Below, in pieces: positions 1 to 12,009 of a stretch of 64,000 nt of DNA (position 1 is the stretch's first letter; every line of letters begins with the position of its first letter). The DNA is from Dudresnaya verticillata. Its lineage: Eukaryota. The position numbers and the translations under genes were made by a program. The notes under the pieces were generated by a model. That model had not been told where the DNA came from, made no database searches, and saw only the letters and a program-made list of their open reading frames with translations. The stretch covers positions 992,001 to 1,056,000 of the forward strand of contig OZ374562.1 in assembly GCA_977862235.1 (NCBI GenBank). The letters are read 5' to 3'.

Positions 1-2201
1 AATGTAAGCGTTAGATATAGATAGGGAACCTAGGGCCACTGGAGGGCGATAAATATGCGTTTCTCTTTCATATTGTGAGCTCGTTCTTGTTGTAAATACC
101 TTTTGCTCTGAACTGAGAATGGCTATTTTTTTTACAATGACGTAGTTCAGGCATCATGAAATTAAGGGAGACCAGTACTTTCAAGTTACCGAGATCCTTT
201 TACGAACGGTGGAAATACATTTTCTCTCGATTTGTGTACAGAAAAGAAATTGGCTTGCTTCCTGAGGGATTGCTACGATCTGCAATGAGAGAAATACTAC
301 CAAAGCTTCCGACAACCTTGGTAGAACAAGACTGTCCACGAATATGCGACTTGTTTTCCAAAATCTTCAGATACGTACCCTCGTGCATGCGGATGTACTA
401 CAATCTGCAAGAGACACGGTCGGCTGCAGCTTGCCAGCAAGACAGGAGGAGGCTTCTCCACATCGCGCCAAGGGTAGAACGATAGCATGGCACCGGGGTC
501 GACTGAGGGCGGGCCAGTAAGGCTATTAGCAGAACTATGACGGATGCTAAGTCGACTGAAGGCCGAGAATGGCAAGTGCCGGGCGCATCGCAGATGGCGG
601 AAGCGGAGGACAAACTCAAACTCACGGCCTGTCATTACAGTGGCACCATTGCGGCACTGGTGCAGCTCACGGGGCAGCGTTACGTGCCTCTGATTGGGCT
701 AGGCTATCTCCAAAGACAGCTGTCGGTTGTTTACAGCACGTCGACCGAACTCAGAGGAGCCAACCCAAAACGGGCTTTTTCGCCCCGCGTCACGAGATCA
801 ATCACCACGGACAGCTCTGTCGCACCTCTCAATCGCGATGCACCGCCGGGAGTAACCTCACGGCATGAGCGGTGGAGCCAATCCAATGGACCTTTCTCCA
901 ACATGCAGAGAGGTGCTTTGAAGGCAGTCAACTGCGAGAAGACCTTTTTGCATGTCCATGGCAATCCAGGTAGTCTAATCTTGCAGTCAGGAGCTGTTCT
1001 CGGTAACGCAAGCAGTCTTTCGGATATCTTCTAGTCGTACCCTTGGCCTATGAGGCGAGAGAAACTTGCATAGGGCAAACAATCTGATCACGTTCTTCGT
1101 GGCAGCAGAATGTGCACGTATGTTTCTACGCAATACTGCTGACGGCTCACCGACATTGTCCTCACTGACATTCTCGTCATTCCATAGAGACTTGCAGCAC
1201 AACAGGACTCCCCATCATGAGCGGCTAGGCCAGTTCAGCAACCTGAAATTCATGCATGAGGTTTTCCCGTCATATCTATCCCAGAATGTCTCGGCTTCGA
1301 CAGTTTCGATCCCAATTTCCGAATGGGGTTAGATATGTGAGGATCCAGATCGTGTTCCCGTCAGCAGTAGTGAAATTCAGGTTGTTCAAGGCCTTCCTAT
1401 AACAAAACACCTTCTAGAGAGACCAGTCTGGCCCATGTTTAAACGGATATGCCATGCAGAAAACAGATAAACTGGGTGCAGAACAGCAGGAGAAGTCACC
1501 TCCACACCGAGGCCAGAAGGATTCCAGTCGCAGAAAGCCAATGGCAAGGATGACAGAAATGCATCTACGCAGTTATGTCCATGTCTTCTTCTGGCATTGC
1601 TGATGAAGCCGGTGGGGCGGTTTTGGCTGGGAGATTTCGCTAGATGAGGAATGGGATCAGTCTCCTACAGCTTGACACTTGAGCCTGATGCATGAGGGCA
1701 CTAAAAAATACGTCAAGACAGGTCTTCGACATTTGCAGGGACAAGGAAAACATCATCTCGAAGTAGTGTCCGGCGTTATGTTGTTGTCAATGCGAGGTGC
1801 ACGCTGTTGTGAGGTCTGTTTTGTTAAACATGGTTTAAGGAATGCGGAGACTTTCATGAGACTCAGGTATTGGACTACTGGGTCGCTGTGGCATTATTGC
1901 GGTGATACGAAGCGAAAGGCGCTTACCTATCGTAAAGCTACAAACACCGGCAACGCTCCAGCAGAAAAAGCGGGTGGAAACGCCTCCAGCAGATGGCCCG
2001 CACCAGAGGCTCAGGCGCAGAAAAGGATTTAAAATGTTTTGGTCCGCGACGCTCTCGCGCCACCACTGCGCGCCTTCGGATTGGCCCACAGCGCTGCGGC
2101 GCGCGGCGCGGCGCAAATTTTTTTCTGTAAGGCCGCTGCAATCAGCGCACGTTCGGCGCCCGCGCACAAACGGTCGGCCCCCGCCGCCGACGAGCTGATA
2201 T

Positions 2202-2211
2202 TATATATATA
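2202..2211 (+). promoter_or_regulatory. TATA box upstream of the Tudor-domain gene
   Basis: TATATATATA in otherwise GC-rich DNA, ~210 bp upstream of ATG 2421; reverse CCAAT (ATTGG) near 2080; C-rich leader follows. Confidence 0.55.
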
Positions 2212-2420
2212 TGGGCCCTCCTTGCCGCACCGGCACATCGCGTACGTACCCATTTCGCTCCACCTGCTTCCTTCCGGTCTCATCTCTGCCTACACAAACT
2301 TCACCCGCCCGCCCCCCTCACATCCCCCCCACCCCCCCCCGTCCCTCCCTCCCCCACCCTCCCCGTTCCACCCTCTCTTCTTCTTCTACCTACCACCCCT
2401 CCGCCGTAACCCTACGCAGC

Positions 2421-2816
2421 ATGGCGCGAAACCTGTCCAGCACCGACAACAAGGACATGAAGCAGCTCGCACTGCGGGTGGGCCGCGTCGAAAAACCCCA
2501 CGTCGAGAGCGTCGCCCGCGAATCTCCCGACCCTGCTTCCCCGCGCCGACGCAGCTCGCGCGTCAAGGGACGCAGGTCGCTACGCAAGCCAATCACCCTA
2601 ACTTCACCCCACGTGCCTCCCACAGAGAGGGGGCCACAGGCCGGCGACTTTGTCTGCATCTACTGGCCGAGTGAGGACCGCTACTTTCGCGGTATGCTCT
2701 ACACAAGATTTGCTTTCGGCACCAATCAGTTCTTTGTATGCTACGATGATGGTGATAGAGATATTGTCGACTTGGATGACGAGAAGTGGCGATTTGATGG
2801 TGTCGAAGAGGAGTGA
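2421..2816 (+). CDS. Small Tudor-domain protein (131 aa): basic Arg/Ser-rich N-terminus, C-terminal Tudor-like domain
   Basis: GDFVCIYWPSEDRYFRGM...FFVCYDDGDRDIVDLDDEKWRF fits the V.VYWP.D..YY.G....V.YDDGD.E.L.L..E.W pattern of plant/algal Tudor domains; ATG 2421 lies after the TATA and C-rich UTR. Confidence 0.75.
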   Translation: MARNLSSTDNKDMKQLALRVGRVEKPHVESVARESPDPASPRRRSSRVKGRRSLRKPITLTSPHVPPTERGPQAGDFVCIYWPSEDRYFRGMLYTRFAFGTNQFFVCYDDGDRDIVDLDDEKWRFDGVEEE

Positions 2817-5640
2817 CTTTGGCAGATTACTGAAGAAGGCCTTTACTTCCTGCTTGGCTGCCGATTTGCATGTTTCTTCAGCAGGAAGACCAATCCTATA
2901 ACATTTGGCGGGCCCTTGAAACAATTGAACCAACGGGATGGTGACAGACACAACCCCATCTTCTTGCATCACCCGTACATTGAGAGAATCAGGAAAGCAC
3001 TTTTTCCGGGGACAAGATATTTCTGGCTTCAGAGTACACCCTTGAATCGCAACGAATATGGTGTTCGAAGACCTATGATCTAGCATACAAGGATGGAGGG
3101 GCTCAATGTAACTGTGCGCATTGAGTATTGCGGATTATGGTGTGGCAGTCTGGTGAATTGCTCTTTTTGTCAGGTATGTTGGGTGGTTGTGGTCTAGGGA
3201 CAGTGAGAGGAGTCATTATTGGGCTGCTTTGTGAATGCGGCATCCATGGTTGGGCGAGGGCCTGGGTGTCCTTGGCGTTGGAATCGTAGGTTTGAAACCT
3301 TGAGAATCACGCAGCCATATCTGATAGCCTCAAAAATTGTGGGACCTCAGACGCTGTTTGGGTGAGCTGTAAGGAATGGGGGCTGTTACTGCGGTGGATC
3401 GATTCAGCACAGTATAGCAGCAGAGCAATGTGTATCGCAGGCTAAGGAGAGGATGGGCGTATGCTCGTGCAACTGGAACTACAAAAGGAACACTTTTGTT
3501 AGGTTCGACCCTCAAGGTTGTTTTGAGAAAGCAATTAGCCCTCCTCATATCTTCCTAGTGTTGCAACACTCCACAAATTCGGTTTGTCGCTCCACAGCTT
3601 CAGTACTTCATAAAGGCACGATAAAAAGGACTCGAACATCGATCACAGTGTTCTTGTCTGCCCTTGATACCGATGCAGACTCTTAATGAACATCCAAGAT
3701 GCTACTAGTGAGATAAGAATGTGCTCCAATAGGAGGGATGTGGAGAAAAACCTGGGACCAATCTAGAGCATAGCACAAAAAAGGTTGGATGAAAGGGAGG
3801 CTTTTTTGGGTACTAGTAGGTCTGGATCATGTCCATTTGGGAAGCTAGAAGTCCTGCGAGTGGGATGCGACAGTAATCTATTACAAGTAGTTAGAGAGCT
3901 CTAGAGGTTTTTCTGGTAGGCCGTTGCACTGCAGGTGACCTCCGGGGACCTCCAGTTATGCCTGGCAGTACAACAGGCTCGGAAGCCGACGGAGTATCAG
4001 AGAGATCTTTTCCTCAGTTGGGTGAGTACACTAGCCTGCGGCTAAGTACGAAAGTGTCGGAGGAATCAGCGGGTTTCAGGGCCGAGGAAGGCGAAGGACA
4101 AGTCAATCGGGATAAGGGTCATTTTCTGACAAAAAACTTATGACCCTTGCGGTGAGCACAAGCGTGAGTCGTCATGCGAGACCTTAGGCCCTGCGGCGAG
4201 GAGGGTACAGGTGAATAATTGAGAGAAGGGGGACTTGGTTCAGAAGGTGAGAGGGAGCTGTGCGAAGCTCCCGGGGGATCTTAAGGACTTGGCTGCAGCA
4301 GTGCGGGACGGTGTGATGAAAGACTATCAGCAATAAAAATACCGCGGGCCGCCTGCGCCGGTATCTGTTGACAGTACAGAGCGATCACGCAGGATTTATG
4401 CCCTGACAAAAGGGGGGTGATGGTAGCCTCGTCGCCAGCGTAAGACAAAAGTTATGCTCAGCAGAGAGAAGAGATTGGGCAACTTTATTGGGGGGCTCTG
4501 TCCTCGCACCCACTGTGACCCACGCTCAATCATGCTATCCAATCTCGAGGAAATTGCACACAATCATCTCGAACTGCATCTGATGGTTACGAATATGTAC
4601 ATATGGCACCATCGGCCACGGCTTCGATCGCAAAAAGGATATCTCTCTGCCTAGCGAGAAGGTCTCCCGTCTCACACGTCTTACCTCCATGACAGTGTTA
4701 CAGTGCGTGGCGATCTGAGTTAGCAGGCGCAAGTTGGAAACAGTGCATATCAAGCACCCTTAAAGGGCTTACACTCAACTTGCTCGCTTGCTATTTGTGA
4801 GGTTTCAGTTTAGTACTGTAGTGGCAGGAGACGGCAGCTTGCCAGGTGAAGGGAGAGTCAAGCTACGGGATGAAACCAGCAAGTGGAAGTATAACTTTAC
4901 GGAGATGGATGTAGACCACAACTAGTCCCATCCCATCGGCTGCTCACCAGAACGCGGGCTCTAGTGAGTTTTTGATTGGACATGGTCCAGATCTGGAACA
5001 AGTTTACGCCTCAAGGTCAAAGCCGACCTTTTTCGAAACATCAGTTGGTCTTTCCACAGACCGAGCTCTTAGACATGTGCTGGGCGCGCAGGAAGCATTG
5101 GGAACGTGGCAAGGTGCCGCCGGATGCCCAGCATACGGTGGACGACCGACCGTGTTCTTCCTTTCCTGCAGTAGGGAAGGCGGAGCCAAGCGCCTGGCCG
5201 GGCTGGAAGCAAAGGAGCAGTGGGCAGCACGCTTCCAGAACAAATGTGGGCCTGTCCCTATCTGAGCCGATTTGAGCGCTCCTTTAGACGCTTCATGATG
5301 TCGTCTCCGTGGCCCTCGCTTGGCGATTTACTTGCTGGGGCTGCTTCAAGCCCCTTTTCATCTGCTTTTGATAAAGGCCGTCATTCTCTCGTGCGTCTAT
5401 ATACGTCTGCATCATTCTGAACGGGCACTTGTATCCGTGCTAGTACACTAGTCGCTCCCTGACGGACCTTCCACCTGATAGGTCTGCGAAAAGAGTTGCC
5501 AATTCACAGACGGAGCGCAACGATGAAAAAGTGATGAGCATTTCAAGGCAACCTCACCGCGAGACGCCGAGCGCGAGGAGATGGCCTGCTTTGCTGCTGC
5601 CTATGCGAGAGAATAACAAATAAATACTGTATATGGGGCG

Positions 5641-5669
5641 TGATGATGATGATGATTATGATGATTATG
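5641..5669. repeat. (TGA)n microsatellite, imperfect
   Basis: tgatgatgatgatgattatgatgattatg. Confidence 0.9.
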
Positions 5670-6191
5670 TCAAATTGAGGGAGGGCGGGTGGGGCAAGGA
5701 GAAGCAGACGTACCGGGACGACCTGCCCGTCGTCGTGGTAAGAGCTCCTTGGTAAAGCCGTGGCGGAATCGGCCGGTCACGCAGCGAAAAGTTGAAGCGA
5801 TTAGGCGGACGCGTCGCTGGACAGTCTTCAAGTGTTGCGCATGTTCCAGTGGGCCGAGACGCGCGGTAATGCACACCGTTCAAGCGCGCTGCGCCCCTCA
5901 TCTGTATGGCATATGTTTACGTTGCGACTTCATCGAGAGTCAAGCATCAAGCCGTACTACATTGCTTTACCGCCATCGAGCCTCTAATAGTGGCTCTCGT
6001 TGGGGTCGAACGTGAAGACTCCAAACGTCGCCTTGCCATCTTCCGTGTTTCGCAGGGGCTTTCGGGGGATTAATGTGCTCATAAAAATGAATCTACTTGT
6101 ATCTATTTAATACAGTATAACGAGAGAGAAGAAGAGGTTGCTATAGAGAAGGGCGGGAAGCGAGTTTTCATATTTCCAAAGACACGGGACG

Positions 6192-6758
6192 TTATCTGCT
6201 CTTGCGTATCGCGAACAACTGTGTCCAGTAGACTTTTCCATCAGGTCCTCTACAAAAGTAAATGCCAAGCTGGTTGACCTTTGGTTCCAAAATGTTTCTG
6301 CGATGAGCACTTGATGACATGAGCGAGCGGTGCAAATGTTCTGGGTCCTTTTGCCCCCTTGCAACATTCTCTCGGGCATACTTGACGTTATACCCTGCGT
6401 GTTGGAATCTTTCGAGGAGTGTTACGCCTCCAAAGCCATTGTGGGACAAGCGCATTAGTCTGAAAGCCATGTCAATCGTGTGTTTCTTGGCCATGGCTGT
6501 AAGGGTGGCGCTTATCGAAACTTGAGCGACTCCCCTTTCTCGCCTTGCGCGGTTGACGAGTCGCAACAGCTTTGAAACCCAGTTGCTCCGGATTTCCTTG
6601 AAAGTAAGCGGATGGGGCTCTTTGTATTCTCGTACATGTATTGGGGTGCTGGTGGTCATGAGTTGATACTCCCGCTTGCAGGCCTTCCACAGTCTTTTTG
6701 CGTCCTTCCAACGCGTCTTACTGAATTGGAGAGTCTGGAGAGTGTGGAAGAGTGGCAT
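6192..6758 (-). CDS. CAP/SCP domain protein (YkwD-like)
   Basis: LLRLVNRARRERGV...LTAMAKKHTIDM...LSH...ENVARGQ...LMSSSAHRRNIL...LGI...YWTQLF are CAP motifs; TATA on the minus strand near 6847-6852 supports start 6758 rather than 7076. Confidence 0.85.
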   Translation of the reverse strand: MPLFHTLQTLQFSKTRWKDAKRLWKACKREYQLMTTSTPIHVREYKEPHPLTFKEIRSNWVSKLLRLVNRARRERGVAQVSISATLTAMAKKHTIDMAFRLMRLSHNGFGGVTLLERFQHAGYNVKYARENVARGQKDPEHLHRSLMSSSAHRRNILEPKVNQLGIYFCRGPDGKVYWTQLFAIRKSR

Positions 6759-7525
6759 GGTGAATGTTGATGTTTTTTTGAGATGTTGTTGTTGTTGTGA
6801 AGTCGTGAGTAACGTTTCTAGGCAGTGCAAGTGTAACAGTAGGCAGTATATATGGAGCTTGTATGGTGAGCTTGGGAGAGCGGGAATCCCGATTCCAATC
6901 GGTGACTGACGGTGACGGTGATGATCGCCCGACCGCGGACGACGCGCATGTGCGGTGTTGCTGTGATAGGAATTGTGATAAATGCGCAGCATGCCTGCGC
7001 GCCGCTTGTTGCAGCGCGAGCGAGAGGGAGGCGCGGAGCAGTCCTTCAAGTGGCGCGGCGCGGCGTCACATGTCATCGGTGTCGGACGGGTGAGCTGTCA
7101 CTGCGCGGTGTCGGAGCGCCGCGGTGTCGGGCGCGCGTGTCGGCCGCAGCGGAGGCGCGGCGCCGCGGAATATCTTCGCGCGGCGCCTGTAAGGCGCGTT
7201 TGCGGCCGCGCCATTGGCGCACGCGCCCACGGCGTAGATTCTAACGATATCTTCGCCAATGCCGCGCGCCGCACGCAGCTCACAGTCCGCCGCGAGAGAT
7301 CCCGCGCGCCGCGCCGCAATTCCTCCGCCGTCCACTCGCCTCCCCACCACAAACGAACACACCCCGCTTCAAACCACACACCCCGCCGCGCCTTTTTGCA
7401 CAACACCGCCCGCCGTCGACGCCCGTCCCCACCCCTACCCCTTCCCATCCGTCCGCCAGCCAACCCAGACCAGACCCCACACACCCCCCCCCCCCCCACC
7501 CCACCCCCACCTCCCAACCCAGATC

Positions 7526-8602
7526 ATGACCGTCCTCGATATCGTCAAGCCGGGCATCGTGTACGGCGAGGATCTGTACAACCTGCTCAAGTACGCCCAG
7601 GAGCAGGGCTTCGCCATCCCGTCGGTCAACTGCACATCGTCCTCCACCATCAACGCCGCCCTGGAGGCAGCGCGCGATGCCAAGTCCCCGATGATGATCC
7701 AGTTCTCCAATGGAGGCTCGGTCTTCCTGGCCGGAAAGGGCCTGGGCAATGCTGGCGAGAAGGCCTCGGTCGCCGGCGCAGTCGCAGCGGCCTACCACTG
7801 CAAGGCCATGGCCAAGCTCTACGGCGTCCCGGTCGTCCTCCACTCAGACCATTGCGCCAAGAAGCTCCTCCCGTGGTTTGACGGCATGCTCGAGGAGGAC
7901 GAGCGCCACTTTGCTGCCCATGGCACCCCGCTCTTCTCGTCCCACATGCTCGATCTCTCGGAGGAGTCGCTGGACGAGAATATCGAGGTTTGCGCAAACT
8001 ACCTCGCCAGGATGGACAAGATCAACTGCATGCTTGAGGTCGAGCTCGGCATCACTGGAGGCGAGGAGGATGGTGTCAACAATGAGGATGTTGATCAGGA
8101 GAAGCTCTACTCCCAGCCGGAGGAGGTTGACCAGTTCTACACCGCCCTTAGCAAGGTCTCAAAGAACTTTACCGTCGCAGCGGCATTTGGCAACGTCCAC
8201 GGCGTTTACAAGCCGGGTAACGTCCAACTTGCCCCGGACCGCTTGTTGAAGCATCAGCAGTATGTCAAAGAGAAGCACGGGCTCAAGGATGACAAGCCTA
8301 TCCTCTTCGTCTTCCATGGCGGCTCCGGTTCTCTCAAGTCGGAGATTGATGAGGCTGTGTCCTATGGCGTTATCAAGATGAACGTTGATACCGATACCCA
8401 GTGGGCCTACTGGAGCGGCGTTCTCAACTTTTACAAGGCCAAGGAGGGCTATCTTCAGTCGCAGGTCGGAAACCCTGATGGCGCGGACAAACCGAACAAG
8501 AAGCAGTATGACCCCAGAACATGGATCCGCAAGGCAGAGGAAACTTTCAAGGCTCGCTTGATCGAGTCGTGCAAGGATCTCAAATGCTATGGGACGCTTT
8601 GA
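7526..8602 (+). CDS. FBA: Fructose-1,6-bisphosphate aldolase class II, type A, 358 aa, probably cytosolic
   Basis: FAIPSVNC, LHSDHCAKKLLPWFDG, FSSHMLDLSEE, ELGITGGEEDGV, FGNVHGVYKPGNV, FVFHGGSGS, KMNVDTDTQWA, NKKQYDPRTW; intronless with strong codon bias. Confidence 0.98.
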   Translation: MTVLDIVKPGIVYGEDLYNLLKYAQEQGFAIPSVNCTSSSTINAALEAARDAKSPMMIQFSNGGSVFLAGKGLGNAGEKASVAGAVAAAYHCKAMAKLYGVPVVLHSDHCAKKLLPWFDGMLEEDERHFAAHGTPLFSSHMLDLSEESLDENIEVCANYLARMDKINCMLEVELGITGGEEDGVNNEDVDQEKLYSQPEEVDQFYTALSKVSKNFTVAAAFGNVHGVYKPGNVQLAPDRLLKHQQYVKEKHGLKDDKPILFVFHGGSGSLKSEIDEAVSYGVIKMNVDTDTQWAYWSGVLNFYKAKEGYLQSQVGNPDGADKPNKKQYDPRTWIRKAEETFKARLIESCKDLKCYGTL

Positions 8603-8628
8603 AGCGCTGCGACGCTTTGAAGCGCTGC
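8593..8628 (+). repeat. 18-bp perfect tandem duplication spanning the FBA stop codon
   Basis: gacgctttgaagcgctgc x2 (8593-8610, 8611-8628). Confidence 0.9.
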
Positions 8629-9271
8629 GCAACTTCTGTCGTACGGCTGTTCTCTCACAAGTCCTTGTGGATGATATTTGTGCTCGTGCTTGTGTCGGGC
8701 GTTTGTCTTTGTGTAGAGTATGCGAAACCGCAGATGCAGTAAAAATGTGACAATGGGTCACGTTGTGAAGAGAACTTCTGCGCTCTCGAGTGGCCCTGTT
8801 CTCGCACTTTTGGTATCCGTGAGGATTGAGTGCAACGCGAGCGCCACCATATCGGGGAATATATGCATGGGACCAACGCCAGTAGTTCCACTTGCCACGC
8901 CTGTCCTTCCCGGTCTGGCCTGAAAAGACCGCGGGCCGCTTGCTACATCCTGCTGCTGTGGCCAAGGAAGGTTCGAGCAACTGTTGGGCCGGCAGCACTC
9001 ATGATCGGGTCCCTTACAATTGGGGCGCATGCTGTCCACGGATGTGGCCCTGTCCGCAGGCAATATGTATGTGATCACATATCCAAGTCATACTGCGCGC
9101 CACACCTGAGAGCCGCGTGATACTCTCCCTCTGCCGTGGAAGCCCGTGGGAGCCGCCGTGCTTTCTACCTCAAAGGATGGTACAATGCTTGTTGACACAA
9201 CCGTGTAAGTTTATGTGACTGTCACTGCCTCCGCTCGGTGTGTATTGGGGACCGTTATCTTTCTTGTCCTG

Positions 9272-11650
9272 TTAGACGAATAAATAAGTTGAGCGAGACC
9301 GCTTCGACGCCATCCTGCGACGACGGTCCTGACCGACGACGCCGTCGAGTCGGAAAGCATCATACATGTCGTACAATGCAATCGCCTGCACATTCTTCCC
9401 ACTTTCAACGGCTTCTGCGGTCATGTTCGTCACTTCTGCGTAGTACTCACTATTTTCTGGCAGCCCATACCACACGATTGTGTTTGCCCCTCGAATGCGG
9501 TGCCTCCGAAAGAAGTGAAACCTTTCCGTCATCAATACAACCGAGATGCTTCGATCATAAAATTTTGCCCTTGCCCTTGACACATCGGACTGCTTGGAAT
9601 ATTCGCAAATGCTCGCAAATCGAAACTCTGCGTCATCTTCCGCGAAGCTCAGCAACTTGTTGCGAACGCGAACGTAGTCAAAGTAGCTGGGAATGAAGAT
9701 AATAGTCTGGGAATCCGTGATAGATCGGATGGTTGGAAACACAGTCTTAAAGAAGAACGAAAACCTGCTTTCGGGACCAGCGGTTGGAGACTCAACTTCA
9801 GGAACCTTGAGGAAAGTTTGTCGTATGCTCACCGCCACTCTGGACATCATGCCGCGTTCTCTAGAAGTGTCCAGAATCTGGACTCTCCCCGCATGATTAC
9901 TGAACTCTTTTGTAAACGAAACGATCTCAGCAGTTCTATGCTGCGACAAGACGATTGTTTGTCTAAACTTGTTCATCAGACCATCCAGGCACCACTCCCG
10001 CAATCGGGAAAAATCTGTATCCCGCGTGCTTGAAGGCATTTTGTTCACCATTGTCCCCACTTTGCGCAGACTATCCCAGTTCTGCATGGAAAATATATGA
10101 GCACCATCAATAACGCAGACCTCAATCGAGCTCAAGAACCCATCATCCTCATCGCTCTCTTTCCGTTTTCGCGGTTCCGCGCCTATCCCAGTTTTCCATT
10201 CCGTGTCGCCGTCTTCTTCTTCTTTCTTTTTCCGCAAAAGTCGTTTATGGGCACTGTCGCCACTAGCCTTCTCAGCAACACCCCGTCTCAAACCGAGGGG
10301 TGAGGCAATAATGACGTCGCTAGCGTAAAAGTCTGCATAGAGCCGGACCGTCTTCTTCGTAAACGAGATCCCGAGCTTGAAGTCGTCTTCAATGTTTCCG
10401 CGAAAGGTGTGCCGATGGTCCGACGGCTTCTTTCCAATTGTCTCGATACCCTTTCCCGATGTATGCCCAACTGCTTGGTGATCAGGCTCGTCGTCTCCTT
10501 CTTCCTCCCCCGGGTCTGGTGCGAATTCAGCCTCGAAGCGCTCGCTGTTCGCAACATGTGCAACGCCCTTCTCGCCCTCTGCAGTGCCAACGGCCAACGC
10601 AGTGATGGTGCGAACAATTTCGTATGCAACGTTCTTCATGGGCACCAGAAGGAGCACGCGTGCGCGACAAAAACCTTGGTCTTTAGTAGCGTCAGCACTG
10701 CCCACGGCTTGGTCACCCCGCAGCAGTGCGTCATTTCGCAGTACCCTTGCCCGAGCGCGTAGCACATGTCCAACGCAGTGCGCAACGTACAAACGTCGAA
10801 GCTGGTCTTCCTCATGTGGTGGCATGGCGCTATAGAGGGATACGTCATGGTAGCCACGCATGGCTAGCAGAAAAGCACGAGAAGTCTCAGTGAGACCATC
10901 GCCGCGACGCAGTTTGGAGGTGAGCATGCGCCACTTCATGTACACGGAGGGTTGCAACCCGAGCATGCGGGCAGACACCTTCTGAAGTCCCGGTGCAAAA
11001 TCTTCCTCCAGCGCAGTTCTTCGCTCCTCTGGAGCGCAGGCAGATACCCGCGCCAAACCAGACAACGTTGCGATAACTTTCAGCTTCCCGGCTGTGTCAC
11101 TCGCCGCGGGCGTGATGCGCGAGTCAAACTGGGTTTTCTCACGAGCCATCGCTGCGGCGTTCTCGCGTTCTAAAGACTCCTCCTGCTTTTGCTCGTCTCC
11201 TGTCGCAACAACATCCTCAACAGCTTCTTTTGCCTTCTCCACACCGTCGCAATGAGCAGCGTCTGTATCCACGTCTCTGCGCGCGGAAGGCATCACCTCC
11301 AAATCATTTTGTTCATCTTGCGGCAGCGCCTGCGCATACTTGGAGTCCGCGAGCGCGCCGACAAGCGCGTGGTACGCGTGTGCCTTCTTGGCTGCGTAGC
11401 GCGCCTTTGCCGGGTCCTCCTTCTCCGGTTCCTGCACGTGAACAGTCTCCGTCTGAGGTTGCTCGCGACGCTCTCGAGGTTTGGCCAGCAGCGGGTGGAC
11501 CCGGCGGGTAGCGGCTTCAGCAGCGGCCAACTTGCGCTCCAGCTTCTCCTGCTGCGCCTCCTTGCGCTCCTCCACACGCAGCAGCGTCTGCTTCGACCGT
11601 GCCTTCTTCCGAATTCCGCCGCCGCCTGAGCGACGGCGCTTTCCTCCCAT
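9272..11650 (-). CDS. UTP25: U3 snoRNP-associated protein 25 (UTP25/DIEXF), ~792 aa
   Basis: KDQGFCRARVLLLVPMKNVA, KPSDHRHTFRGNIEDDFKLGI, LYADFYASDVIIASPLGLR, FLSSIEV, MQNWD, DFSRLREW, IFIPSYFDYVRVRN, TERFHFFRR; start set at MGGKRRR. Confidence 0.95.
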   Translation of the reverse strand: MGGKRRRSGGGGIRKKARSKQTLLRVEERKEAQQEKLERKLAAAEAATRRVHPLLAKPRERREQPQTETVHVQEPEKEDPAKARYAAKKAHAYHALVGALADSKYAQALPQDEQNDLEVMPSARRDVDTDAAHCDGVEKAKEAVEDVVATGDEQKQEESLERENAAAMAREKTQFDSRITPAASDTAGKLKVIATLSGLARVSACAPEERRTALEEDFAPGLQKVSARMLGLQPSVYMKWRMLTSKLRRGDGLTETSRAFLLAMRGYHDVSLYSAMPPHEEDQLRRLYVAHCVGHVLRARARVLRNDALLRGDQAVGSADATKDQGFCRARVLLLVPMKNVAYEIVRTITALAVGTAEGEKGVAHVANSERFEAEFAPDPGEEEGDDEPDHQAVGHTSGKGIETIGKKPSDHRHTFRGNIEDDFKLGISFTKKTVRLYADFYASDVIIASPLGLRRGVAEKASGDSAHKRLLRKKKEEEDGDTEWKTGIGAEPRKRKESDEDDGFLSSIEVCVIDGAHIFSMQNWDSLRKVGTMVNKMPSSTRDTDFSRLREWCLDGLMNKFRQTIVLSQHRTAEIVSFTKEFSNHAGRVQILDTSRERGMMSRVAVSIRQTFLKVPEVESPTAGPESRFSFFFKTVFPTIRSITDSQTIIFIPSYFDYVRVRNKLLSFAEDDAEFRFASICEYSKQSDVSRARAKFYDRSISVVLMTERFHFFRRHRIRGANTIVWYGLPENSEYYAEVTNMTAEAVESGKNVQAIALYDMYDAFRLDGVVGQDRRRRMASKRSRSTYLFV

Positions 11651-12009
11651 TGCCAGCGCTTTTGGGGTGGTGGGGGATGCGTCTGCCGCAGTGGGCTGCG
11701 GTGGTGAAACAGGTGCAGGACTCCCGCGTGGCTTCCGCCGCCGCCGGTGGTTGATCCAAGCGCGGCAAGCCGACGTTTGGCCATTGCGGCGAATCAGCAA
11801 GCGAGCGAAAAGCAGTCCCTCTTTTTCACTAGTTTTTTGCACTTCTTGGCCATCATGCTCATGATCCGGCGGATCGCCGACGACGTTGGCACACCGACCT
11901 CGTCTGACACGCCCCCATCGCGCTTCACCGGATCCCCTCATCTCGTGCAAGAGCTCCATCGACAAGCCCCAACCCTCCGCAGCTTCCCTATCGACACATC
12001 CCTTGAGAA

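Noticed and set aside
1..2000. ORFs 156-485, 537-1034 and 1066-1332
   Set aside because: No recognisable domains; possibly decayed repeat.
3300..5450. Possible decayed TE or gene
   Set aside because: No termini or protein motifs could be supported.
7259..7525. 89-aa in-frame upstream extension of FBA as a targeting peptide
   Set aside because: Pro/His/Thr-rich translation of a C-rich leader; homology starts at ATG 7526. Not fully excluded without transcript data.
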